This document shows, in pieces, positions 45,590-54,811 of a DNA stretch of 64,000 bases. The notes beneath the pieces are model-generated. The model worked only from the letters and a program-made list of their open reading frames with translations. It was not told the DNA's origin and did no database searches. The stretch covers positions 1,301-65,300 of the forward strand of contig CAITXU010000074.1 of NCBI GenBank assembly GCA_903896505.1, in the 5' to 3' direction. Numbering within the stretch: the stretch's first letter is position 1; each line of letters begins with the position of its first letter. The translations under genes and the position numbers were made by a program. The stretch is from an uncultured Verrucomicrobiota bacterium (lineage in GTDB: Bacteria; Verrucomicrobiota; Verrucomicrobiia; Limisphaerales; UBA9464).

Positions 45590-46885
45590 CTAGACTCGGA
45601 TGAAGATTTGTCGTCGATAAAGAAACCGGGCGAGAATGAGGACCAGTCCAAGCCCTGTCAAAGCAAGGACCAAGGTTCCCGTGCCGGGTGTTACACTTTG
45701 ATCGAGGAATACCTTGACCTGACCACCGGCAAACCGCGAGGCGAGGCGCTCGAAGTCGATAATCGATCCGGCAAGGTAAACAGTGATCGAGTTGGTGCCC
45801 ACCCACACGAACGGAGCGCACCAGGATTTCCAGCCCCGGACATCGATGATCCAGTAGAACGTCCCAAGGAAAATGGCACTCCAACCGCCGGCCACCAGAA
45901 CGAAGGACGACGACCAAATCTTTTTGATCACAGGAAAGAGCGGGTGCCACCCCCATCCCGCCGCCAACAACACAACGCCCACTCCGGCAATGCTCAAAGC
46001 CTTTTGGGCCGGACTCGGTCCGGGCGAACGCAGGTATATTCCAGCCAGCACTCCCAGCAAGCAGCTCGCGACAGCCGGGATCGTGCTCAGCATGCCTTCA
46101 GGGTCAAAATGGCCGTCCCACTTGCGCCAGGGAAGATGGTTAAAGTCGAAGTGGTTGACCACGTTTTTCCCTTCCTCGAAGCTTCCGGTCACGGTCTTGG
46201 TGGTTCCGTCGTAGAGGCTGCGCGCGGTGCTGCCGGGGGTTGCTTTGATCTGCTCGGAGATTGCGTGTTTTTCGAGGGAGATATCTTTCACGGGAACCAG
46301 GGCGACCAAGGCCCAATAGCCGAGGAGTATGCCGGCAGTAATACCAACCAATGCGCGGGTTCGGAACAGGAGGAATAGCGCGCCTGCGCCGCCTGATGCG
46401 AGTGCGATGCGTTGGAGCACCCCCAAAAGGCGTATGTGATCGAAAGTCCCGTTGAATCCGCCGTAGTAAAAGATACCGATGATGTAGAGGAGCAGGGTTC
46501 GCTTCAGCAACCGCCAGAGTGCGGCACCGGTGCCCTCCTTTTCCTGCAGCTTGGTCAATGAAAACACCTGGGAAACCCCGGCCATGAAGACAAACATCGG
46601 GAAAATCAGGTCCTCGAAATGGAATCCCGCCCACTCCACGTGCTCCAACTGATCGGCAATGGCGTGGCCGAGGCTAAAGGGGACTTCCTGACCCGGAGCT
46701 GAAGGTTCGGGTGGTTTGCCGACAACGGCGCTGACGGCATTCCCGAGGGCATCGGCCCCCATAATCCAGAACATGTCGAATCCCCGGAGGGCATCGAGGG
46801 AAAGGAGTCGTCCTCCAACGGTCCCGGCACCGGATGTGGGAGGGGTTCCAGTGCGCTGAGGCGTTACGGTTTCAGGTTGGGCCAT
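45590..46885 (-). CDS. DUF5009/DUF1624 polytopic membrane protein (heparan-alpha-glucosaminide N-acetyltransferase-like acyltransferase)
   Basis: 431 aa. N-terminal RLLSLDALRGFDMFWIMG signature and about 10 hydrophobic helices. Confidence 0.7.
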   Translation of the reverse strand: MAQPETVTPQRTGTPPTSGAGTVGGRLLSLDALRGFDMFWIMGADALGNAVSAVVGKPPEPSAPGQEVPFSLGHAIADQLEHVEWAGFHFEDLIFPMFVFMAGVSQVFSLTKLQEKEGTGAALWRLLKRTLLLYIIGIFYYGGFNGTFDHIRLLGVLQRIALASGGAGALFLLFRTRALVGITAGILLGYWALVALVPVKDISLEKHAISEQIKATPGSTARSLYDGTTKTVTGSFEEGKNVVNHFDFNHLPWRKWDGHFDPEGMLSTIPAVASCLLGVLAGIYLRSPGPSPAQKALSIAGVGVVLLAAGWGWHPLFPVIKKIWSSSFVLVAGGWSAIFLGTFYWIIDVRGWKSWCAPFVWVGTNSITVYLAGSIIDFERLASRFAGGQVKVFLDQSVTPGTGTLVLALTGLGLVLILARFLYRRQIFIRV

Positions 46886-46960
46886 AATCTATCCCTTGAG
46901 TAATCACGCTTCAGTCGCGGGCATCAACCTGAAAAGCCAGGCTATCTGCGTCATTCCACA

Positions 46961-49900
46961 ATGAGGCTCCATGGTTCATGCTCTTTCCAGGGAATGGCCG
47001 ATCCAACCATCGAACAATTGAGGGCGTTGCTGCCCCAGTGCCGACTTACTGACTGGAACCGTCTGGGCGCACGCCTGATTCAGGCTTTGCGGGAAGGGCA
47101 TGGAACTGTTTCGGGCCGGTTGCTGGAGTCGCTGATACGAGAGGCTCAGGACTCCGCTGCTGCCTGCGAGCGACGACGTCAACTGCGGCCTACGCCCTCC
47201 TATGCACCAGACTTGCCCATCACCGTGCGGCGTGACGAAATCGTCGATGCTCTCCGTCGCCATCAGGTGGTGGTGATCGCCGGGGAGACTGGTTCTGGAA
47301 AGACGACCCAGATCCCCAAAATGTGCCTCGAGGCGGGTCTTGGCATCGAGGGGATGATCGGTTGCACCCAACCGCGTCGCGTTGCTGCGACCTCCATTTC
47401 ACAGCGGGTGGCCGAGGAATTGCAGGTGAGTTGGGGGCGTGAGGTGGGTTGCAAGATCCGGTTCGATGATCGAACGGGGCCGGACACCTTCATCAAGTTC
47501 ATGACGGACGGCATCCTGCTGGCCGAGACTCAAGGCGACCCTTTGATGTCGGAATACAACGCCATCATCATTGATGAAGCGCACGAGCGTTCCCTCAACA
47601 TCGATTTTTTACTGGGGTACCTCAAGGGCTTGTTGACGCGGCGGGCGGACCTCAAACTGGTCATCACCTCGGCGACCATTGATACCGGCTCGTTCTCCCG
47701 GGCATTTGGTGATGCCCCGGTGATCGAGGTTTCCGGACGCATGTATCCGGTGACGGTGCACTATGCTCCGCCGGACGAGATTGATCCGGAGGATGGCACC
47801 GGCACCTATGTGGATACGGCGGCGCAATTGGCCGAACGCCTGGTCGACGAATCGACCGAGGGTGACGTCCTGATTTTCATGCCCAGCGAACGGGACATTC
47901 GCGAAACGGTGGACCTGGTCGCCGGACGGTGTGGCCGTTCCGCTGAAGTCATCCCGCTATATGGTCGCCTCAGCAATGCCGACCAGCAGCGGGTTTTTGC
48001 CCCGACCTCCCGGCGAAAGGTGATTGTTGCCACCAACCTTGCCGAAACCTCCCTGACCTTGCCGGGAATTCGTTTTGTCATCGACACCGGATTGGCCCGT
48101 ATCAGCCGGTACGATGCCCGTACCCGTACCAAGCGGCTGCCAATTGAGCCCATCGCCCAAAGCAGCGCTAATCAGCGTCGAGGTCGAGCCGGGCGGGTTC
48201 AGGCGGGGGTCTGTTTTCGGTTATACTCTGAGGAGGAATTCCTCGAGCGTCCCGAATTTACCCAGCCCGAAATCCAGCGGGCGAATCTGGCCGAGGTCAT
48301 CCTGCGGATGAAGGCGTTTCATTTGGGGGAGATTGAAACCTTTCCCTTCGTCAATCCCCCACCGCCTTCCGCCATTCAGGCAGGTTTTGCCCTCCTGACG
48401 GAATTGGGCGCTCTGGATGACCAGCGGAACCTGACGTCGTTGGGGCGCGACCTCGCACGATTGCCGATAGACCCCACTCTGGGCCGCATGCTGTTGCAGG
48501 CCTGCCAGGAAGGTTCCTGGCGTGAGCTGCTCATCATTGCGGCCGGTCTGAGTGTGGTCGATCCCCGCGAACGACCTTCCGAACAGAGCGAGGCCGCTGA
48601 CACAGCGCATCGACGGTATGCCGACCCACGCTCGGACTTCATGGCTCTGCTCAACCTTTGGTCGACCGTCGAGAGAGATTGGAAAGCCCTCCGCACGAGC
48701 GGTCAGCAACGTCGCTATTGTCGAACTCAATTCCTTTCCTACCTGCGGCTTCGGGAATGGCAGGAATTGAGGGAGCAATTGGCGGAGACACTCGACCCGT
48801 TGATTCCGCATGGGGAAGGGGAACAGCCCGCCAGTTATGAAGCCATCCATCGGGCGATTACCACCGGTTTGCTGGGCCATCTGGCCTGCCGTGTTTCCCG
48901 CAACATCTATCGTGGAGCTGGCAATCGTGAACTGATGGTGTTTCCCGGTTCATCCCTTTTTCGACGCGCCGATAAATCGGACGGTTCTGCCCGTGGTGGG
49001 GGAATGGAGGTTCCGGCGAATGCTCCCGGCGACAAGGCAGGTCAGCCGCAGTGGATTGTTTCAGGCGAAATCGTTCAGACGTCACAATTGTTCGCCCGAA
49101 TGGTTGCCGAGGTGAACCCGGAGTGGGTCGTCAAACTCGCCCCACAACTCTGCAAACGGAATTATATCAACCCGCGTTGGGACCTATCCGCTGGAAAGGT
49201 TCTGGCCACGGAACGGTGGACCCTCTTTGGCTTGGAAATCTGCCTCCAAACGGTGGCGTTTGGGAACATCGACCCCGAACTGGCGACCGAGATCTTTCTT
49301 CGTTCCGCCTTGGTTGAGGAATCGACGGACCAGGAGGATGGCCCAGCAAATCGCACCAAACCGTCGGGTGGGTCGAAGGTTCCCCTGGTGCGAAAGCCCC
49401 CGGCTTCACCCCTCCTTGCCTTTGTCGAATCCAATCGGCAGGTATGCCAGCGGGTGGCAACCTGGCGGACTCGGGTCCGGCAACCGGGCCTGATCGAACT
49501 CGACGAAGCTCTTTACCGGTTCTACAGGCGCCAATTGCCGCCCATGTCCTCGTTCGCTGAATTGCATCAATGGCTTCGAGAACCGGGTAATTCAGAACGT
49601 TTGTTGGTGAGCGAGCCAGACCTCGCCGGGCGGGCCGAAATTGCTTACGATACCGATGCCTTTCCCGATCAGGTTCAATTGGGGACCCTCTCCATAGCTG
49701 CAGAATATGCCTATGCCCCGGGTGAGGAGGTGGACGGAGTGACACTTCGGCTCCCGGTCGCCCAGGCGGTCGAGGTTTCTCCGGCGGCTGCAGCTTGGGC
49801 AATTCCAGGTTGGCGGGCGGAACTGGCCGATGAACTCCTTCGAAGTCTTCCAAAGACTCTCAGGCGGGGCCTGATGCCCCTGCCTTCCAAGGCGGCGGAA

Positions 49901-51136
49901 ATAGCACGCGAATTTCGTCCCTCGGGAACCTCGCTCCCAGAAGAACTTAGTCGATTCATGCGACAGAAATTCGGGGTCGATATTCCAGCCTCCGCCTGGA
50001 AGCTCGAATCGCTCCCCAGGCATCTGCTGCCTAGAATCGAGATTGTCGGCCCAGCCAGCACCCCGCTTTTGTCAGGGCGCGATTTGGCCCTCCTGCAATC
50101 CAAGCTGGGTGGCGTTCTGGTGAAATCGACCCAGGCCTCGGGGGAGTGGGAGCGGCTGAAACAACGCTGGGAACGCTTCGGACTGACCGAGTGGAACATG
50201 GATGAACTTCCCGAAAAGATTCCGGTCGGGGACCCGGGCCTGGGGCAGTTCGCCTGGCCGGGAATCGAAGTCGAGGAGCACGCGGTCAACTTGAGGTTGT
50301 TCGCGACCCCTGTGGCGGCCTCGCGGGCAAACGCACGGGGAGTGCCGAGATTAATTGAGCTCGGGCTTGCCCGGGAATTGGCCTGGCTCGAGCGGGACCT
50401 TCGTGGGTTGGTTCGCTGTGCCGTTCGATATGCTCCCTTGGGGACTCTGGAACAGTTACAGACGGGTGCTCTCCGCCATTTGATTCGCCACCTGGTGACG
50501 GTTCCGAGCCGATTTCGGCTTCGAAAGGCGGATTTCGAGGCGGCCATCGCGTCCGCTCGCGAGCGACTGAAGGGAGTCGCGCTTCCGTTCATCGACCAGG
50601 TGGCCGACCTACTGGAACTCCGTCATCAGGTGGCTGCCCGTGTGGGTGGAAGTTCAGCTCCTTCCACCGCACCCAAGGCCAGGATCGTGACGGCCTTTGA
50701 TCAATTGTCGGTGGTGACACGGACGCCGGCGGCCAATCCCTGGGCCGCAGAGCTCCATGCATTGATGCCGCCGGATTTTCTGGAGGTGATTCCTCATCAC
50801 CGGCTGATCCATTTGCCGCGGTATCTCAAGGCGCTGCTAACGCGAATCGAACGAGCGTCCCTGCAGCCCGACAAGGAACAGGCGCGCCGCCTGCAACTGG
50901 CTCCCTACCTGGAGGCTCTGGGTCGATGGCGCGCCAACACCCATCTCACACCGGAAGCGGGTCTCGTGCTCGATGAATACCGCTGGATGGTGGAAGAATT
51001 TCGAGTATCCCTGTTTGCCCAGGAATTGGGAACGCCCGTTCCCGTTTCACCGAAGCGACTGGACCAATTGCTGGCGCGCCTGGCGGAGTTGGCTCCGGCG
51101 AAAATGGGGCCCACAGGGTCGGAATCCAAGCGATAG
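46961..51136 (+). CDS. hrpA: ATP-dependent RNA helicase HrpA (DEAH-box)
   Basis: 1391 aa. Motifs GETGSGKTTQIPK, IIDEAHERS, TSATID, ATNLAETSLT, QRRGRAGR, followed by HA2/OB and a long HrpA-type C-terminal region. Confidence 0.92.
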   Translation: MRLHGSCSFQGMADPTIEQLRALLPQCRLTDWNRLGARLIQALREGHGTVSGRLLESLIREAQDSAAACERRRQLRPTPSYAPDLPITVRRDEIVDALRRHQVVVIAGETGSGKTTQIPKMCLEAGLGIEGMIGCTQPRRVAATSISQRVAEELQVSWGREVGCKIRFDDRTGPDTFIKFMTDGILLAETQGDPLMSEYNAIIIDEAHERSLNIDFLLGYLKGLLTRRADLKLVITSATIDTGSFSRAFGDAPVIEVSGRMYPVTVHYAPPDEIDPEDGTGTYVDTAAQLAERLVDESTEGDVLIFMPSERDIRETVDLVAGRCGRSAEVIPLYGRLSNADQQRVFAPTSRRKVIVATNLAETSLTLPGIRFVIDTGLARISRYDARTRTKRLPIEPIAQSSANQRRGRAGRVQAGVCFRLYSEEEFLERPEFTQPEIQRANLAEVILRMKAFHLGEIETFPFVNPPPPSAIQAGFALLTELGALDDQRNLTSLGRDLARLPIDPTLGRMLLQACQEGSWRELLIIAAGLSVVDPRERPSEQSEAADTAHRRYADPRSDFMALLNLWSTVERDWKALRTSGQQRRYCRTQFLSYLRLREWQELREQLAETLDPLIPHGEGEQPASYEAIHRAITTGLLGHLACRVSRNIYRGAGNRELMVFPGSSLFRRADKSDGSARGGGMEVPANAPGDKAGQPQWIVSGEIVQTSQLFARMVAEVNPEWVVKLAPQLCKRNYINPRWDLSAGKVLATERWTLFGLEICLQTVAFGNIDPELATEIFLRSALVEESTDQEDGPANRTKPSGGSKVPLVRKPPASPLLAFVESNRQVCQRVATWRTRVRQPGLIELDEALYRFYRRQLPPMSSFAELHQWLREPGNSERLLVSEPDLAGRAEIAYDTDAFPDQVQLGTLSIAAEYAYAPGEEVDGVTLRLPVAQAVEVSPAAAAWAIPGWRAELADELLRSLPKTLRRGLMPLPSKAAEIAREFRPSGTSLPEELSRFMRQKFGVDIPASAWKLESLPRHLLPRIEIVGPASTPLLSGRDLALLQSKLGGVLVKSTQASGEWERLKQRWERFGLTEWNMDELPEKIPVGDPGLGQFAWPGIEVEEHAVNLRLFATPVAASRANARGVPRLIELGLARELAWLERDLRGLVRCAVRYAPLGTLEQLQTGALRHLIRHLVTVPSRFRLRKADFEAAIASARERLKGVALPFIDQVADLLELRHQVAARVGGSSAPSTAPKARIVTAFDQLSVVTRTPAANPWAAELHALMPPDFLEVIPHHRLIHLPRYLKALLTRIERASLQPDKEQARRLQLAPYLEALGRWRANTHLTPEAGLVLDEYRWMVEEFRVSLFAQELGTPVPVSPKRLDQLLARLAELAPAKMGPTGSESKR

Positions 51137-51240
51137 GGACTGAGGGTCGGATTCACCCCAGCCTGCGTCCGATGCCCCGGGGCAGGGCTGCCGAGTCCGG
51201 TGCGATCAAGTGATTTGTCCTCAAAGGAAAAAGCCGGAAA

Positions 51241-51585
51241 TTAGATGGCTTTCAAATTCGTTTTCTTTAATTCATCCTCTGCAAACTTGACACAGTTCGG
51301 ACAGAGACAAAACATCACCTGCATTCGATTGTCTCTGTCTTTCTCGGGACAAAACCAGCCTTTCTCACGCGCGACTGTTGCCATGCTTAGATAGTATTCA
51401 TCTGAACCGAGAATGAACTCATTGAAATGAGGTAGTATCCCCTCGCATCGTTCGCACTGAAATTCCAAGGCGAAGACGGCATGCGCCTCGTACGGGGCGT
51501 TCATGTCCAAGCTCATGACATTCTCATGATATAACGCGTATCCGGATAGATTAACAGCTTTTTCCAGTCGAGGCAACTCCAACAA
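51241..51585 (-). CDS. hypothetical Cys-rich small protein in an AT-rich patch
   Basis: 114-aa ORF (internal starts are possible, for example MSLDMNAPYE). Cys pattern CERC...C...CLCPNC. The patch is markedly AT-richer than the flanking DNA. No family recognised. Confidence 0.45.
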   Translation of the reverse strand: MLELPRLEKAVNLSGYALYHENVMSLDMNAPYEAHAVFALEFQCERCEGILPHFNEFILGSDEYYLSMATVAREKGWFCPEKDRDNRMQVMFCLCPNCVKFAEDELKKTNLKAI

Positions 51586-52183
51586 ATGCCATCGATATCA
51601 AGTGATTCTCTGAGTGCTTTGAGCCCTCTGTGGTTGGATTCTGGCTCGTTATCCTGGGGATCAACCGCAGAGGGCTCAGAGAACACAGAGAAAGAAGGGA
51701 TAAGCGCTGGGGCAGACGCGCAACGGTCCAAGCCGTAGGCCGTCTGATATATTTCGTATTTGCCTGGGCATTCCCTGCCCATCGACCAACAGCGTCGTCG
51801 TTGTGTCCCGTCCCGAGGCTTCCCGACTGTCCAACGGAAGGGCAGGTTTGCAAACCTTCGAAACGGCAGCATCCCACCCGCGGTGTTTAGGGGCCGGGCA
51901 GGGTATAACTTGCGGGGCGAACGTGGCACGGACCGCCGCGGCTCGGCAGGAGCCTCGGTCCTGCGGACGGCCCATTGGCTTCGCCCGTGCGAAATCTGCG
52001 CCGTACGAACCGCCCAAGGCTAGGCCGGAGCCTCGCCCTACCGATGTAGCTGTGATTCAGTAGGTTGCAGACGAATCAACAGTCAAGGGCAAAAGCTCCT
52101 GTATGGAAGCTTTGGAACCTGAGCGACTTCGGATGACCACCGGAATGCCCGTCCGATTTTGGAGGTGTTCCCGACCTCTAGAC

Positions 52184-53485
52184 CTACCGCGCCGGTTTGC
52201 CGGAGATGTCGGCAGCGTGATCGCTGAAGGACTTGCCGATGCCCCGCGGTGCAATCACTGAGTCAATCACGCCACGTTCAAATTCCTCCCACATCGGAGA
52301 CATGCCCCGGAGCTTGGTGGCGATTTTAGAGAATGACTCGACCACGTAATCGATATCCTCCTCGGTGTTGTCCTTCCCGAGGGTCATGATGATGTTGCCT
52401 TGCGCCAGGGCATGGTCGAGACCGATGGCCGCGAGGACGTGGGAAATCTTGAGGGATTTGCTGACGCAACTTGATCCGCTGGCGACGGCGATACCGTTGA
52501 GGTCGCACAGCAACAACTGACCTTCGCCTTCGATAAATTCGGTGGAAAGGTTCAGGTTGGTGGAAATCCGGTTCGGGCCGGGCAACGGGCCATTGAGCTT
52601 GATGTAAGGCACGTGTTCCGAAAGCCCCTTCCAGAGCCGCTGTTGGAGATGGAAGGTGTGGGCAATCCGCGCCGACATTTCCTGAAGGGCAATTTCAGCG
52701 GCGATTCCTCCACCCACGATGGCCGGGACATTCTCGGTTCCCGCTCGGCGCCCGTTTTCCTGAACTCCTCCGTGCAAGATGCTGACAATGCGGGCCTTCC
52801 GATGACGGTAAAGAACGCCGACCCCTTTTGGACCATAGAATCGGTGCGGTGAAAAGCTGACCAATGCGGCACCCATGGCCTTCACGTCGATGGGGAGCCA
52901 TCCGGCGCTCGCTTCGCAATCGACATACAATGGGACCCCGGCCTCTGCGCAGATTCTCCCCACCTCGGCGATGGGTTCAATGGTGCCGATGTCATGATTC
53001 ACATGATGAACAGCAACCAGTGTGGTCTGCGGGGTGATTGCTGCTTTCAGCTCCGGAAGTCGAATGAGGCCCTCGGAGTCCACCGACACGCGGGTGCACG
53101 TGAATCCCTGCTTTTCGAGGAATTCAATCGAGTTCATCACACTGGGATGCTCGGTGGCGCTGACCACCAGATGGCGTCCCCGGCGTTCGTTGGCATAGGC
53201 CACCCCTTTGATCGCCAGATTGGAGGACTCGGTGCCGTCAGAAGTGAAAAAGATTTCCTCTTCACTTTCTGCATTGATCAACGCTGCCATTTGCCGACGC
53301 GCCGTTTTCAGCGCATCGCGAACCCGCAGTCCGTGCTGGTGCAACGACGAAGGATTGCCGAAAGCCTCGGTGAAGTAGGGGCGCATGGCGTCGAAGACCT
53401 CGGGCAAAACCGGGGTGCTGGCTTGATGATCGAGATAGACTTGGCGCATGGCGTTTGAGGAAAAAAGAGGTACTTGCTGAATCAA
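52184..53485 (-). CDS. NifS/IscS-like class V aminotransferase-fold protein (cysteine desulfurase homolog) with Arg at the PLP-lysine position
   Basis: Collinear with IscS/NifS: YLDHQASTP, TSDGTESSNLAIKG, ATEHPSV, HHVNHDIG, catalytic loop ASGSSCVS. The canonical SxSxHK motif reads SFSPHRFYGPKG here. Confidence 0.85.
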   Translation of the reverse strand: MIQQVPLFSSNAMRQVYLDHQASTPVLPEVFDAMRPYFTEAFGNPSSLHQHGLRVRDALKTARRQMAALINAESEEEIFFTSDGTESSNLAIKGVAYANERRGRHLVVSATEHPSVMNSIEFLEKQGFTCTRVSVDSEGLIRLPELKAAITPQTTLVAVHHVNHDIGTIEPIAEVGRICAEAGVPLYVDCEASAGWLPIDVKAMGAALVSFSPHRFYGPKGVGVLYRHRKARIVSILHGGVQENGRRAGTENVPAIVGGGIAAEIALQEMSARIAHTFHLQQRLWKGLSEHVPYIKLNGPLPGPNRISTNLNLSTEFIEGEGQLLLCDLNGIAVASGSSCVSKSLKISHVLAAIGLDHALAQGNIIMTLGKDNTEEDIDYVVESFSKIATKLRGMSPMWEEFERGVIDSVIAPRGIGKSFSDHAADISGKPAR

Positions 53486-53611
53486 TAATTGGGGAGGCTT
53501 GGCGAACCAAGGGACCCCATTGGGTTCACCGGCGTGGGGCGGCTAAGGCCTCGGTGATCGTCGAATGCGACACCCATCTTCTGCGTTGAGGCCCCGGCAA
53601 TAGCCGTTTTT

Positions 53612-54031
53612 TCAGGCCGTAACAGCCAATTGGGTCTTGGCGGACTCCGGATGCTTTTTCACGTAGTCTTCCAAGGCTGCCTTCAGGGCTTCCTCGGCAA
53701 GGACTGAACAATGAATCTTTACGGGAGGCAAACCACCCAGGGCGTCGACAACCTCTTGATTGGAAAAGTTCATCGCTTCCTCAATGGTCCGACCCTTGAT
53801 GAGTTCGGTTGCCATGCTGGAGCTGGCGATGGCCGAGCCACAGCCGAAGGTCTTGAAGCGGGCATCGGTAATCCGACCATCCTGGATTTTGACACTGATC
53901 TTCATGATGTCTCCGCAGGCGGCTGCCCCGACTTCACCAATGCCGTCTGCATCCTTCAAGTCACCCATGTTGCGGGGATTCATGAAGTGTTCCATCACGG
54001 TGGGGTTATAAAGAGTGTAAGTATCGCTCAT
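53612..54031 (-). CDS. iscU: Fe-S cluster assembly scaffold, IscU/NifU N-terminal type
   Basis: 139 aa. Motifs GAAACGD, FGCGSAIASSS, KIHCSVLAEEA (all three cluster Cys residues present). Confidence 0.9.
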   Translation of the reverse strand: MSDTYTLYNPTVMEHFMNPRNMGDLKDADGIGEVGAAACGDIMKISVKIQDGRITDARFKTFGCGSAIASSSMATELIKGRTIEEAMNFSNQEVVDALGGLPPVKIHCSVLAEEALKAALEDYVKKHPESAKTQLAVTA

Positions 54032-54045
54032 AATTCAGGTCAGAT

Positions 54046-54612
54046 TCAAGTTGAGGAAACGGGAAGTAATTGGGTTGGCAGGGCCGAAAAAGATATCTGG
54101 ACTCCCTCGGAAGGTCGTCCAAGGGGGGTAGGTAGCTCGGACGAAGGGGGCGTCGCCAAAGTAGTGTCTGGGGCGGCGGTGTTGTTGCATCGAAACAACC
54201 CGGGTGCGAGATGGCGTCCGGCGAGTTGGGCCAGGGTGGTCTTGGCAAAGACCTCGCGAACCCGATCCTGAGCTTCGGCCAGCAGTCCACAGAGGGCACA
54301 CCCTCCGATGTGTTCGCACTCCGGCTCTGATTCAAGGCACCGTTGCAAGGCGATGGGGCCTTCAAGACCTTCAATCACTTGCAGCACGGTCACTTCGGCT
54401 GCCGGTCGGGTCAGACAAAAGCCTCCTCCACTTCCGCGGGCGGAACGGACGAGACCGGCTTTGGCCAAGCCCTGGAAAATTTTGCCCAGAAAGCTGACCG
54501 GAATGGCTTCCTCACGGGAAATCACCTCCAGCATGACCACCTCGCCGGGACGGCGTCGAGCAAGGGCTAAAAGGCCCAAAACTCCATATTCGCAGGCGCG
54601 GGTGATTTGCAT
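54046..54612 (-). CDS. Rrf2-family transcriptional regulator (IscR-like, Cys-rich cluster-binding segment)
   Basis: ATG at 54612: MQITRACEYGVLGLLALA...GKIFQGLAKAGLVRSARGSGGGFCL. Cys segment CLESEPECEHIGGCALC. Has a ~50-aa Pro/Thr-rich C-terminal tail. Confidence 0.85.
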   Translation of the reverse strand: MQITRACEYGVLGLLALARRRPGEVVMLEVISREEAIPVSFLGKIFQGLAKAGLVRSARGSGGGFCLTRPAAEVTVLQVIEGLEGPIALQRCLESEPECEHIGGCALCGLLAEAQDRVREVFAKTTLAQLAGRHLAPGLFRCNNTAAPDTTLATPPSSELPTPLGRPSEGVQISFSALPTQLLPVSST

Positions 54613-54811
54613 GGTTGACTTGAAGCGGACAGAATCAGTCTGCTTCGACCGAAACCTTACCCTGTGCCGACGACGTGTCAACTGGATGGACGTGTTTGTC
54701 ACGGGTGGGAGGCAGCCCCCACTTCAAACTTAAAAACGGTGCTCCGGTGAATACCGCTTGTTTCCCGGGAGTCGGGCGGGGTAAATCTTTACCTTCAAGC
54801 TCCAGAAAAGC

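Noticed and set aside
45555-45956. 5' extension of the solute-binding-protein ORF (track 44214..45956).
   Set aside because: It overlaps the end of the DUF5009 gene and lacks signal-peptide logic. The internal ATG at 45554 gives a proper signal/lipobox start.
51513-52017. ORFs 51513..51929, 51551..51877 and 51676..52017 upstream of the Cys-rich orphan.
   Set aside because: They are mutually overlapping frames with an Arg/Pro/Gly-rich composition that cross repeat motifs. None is supported as coding.
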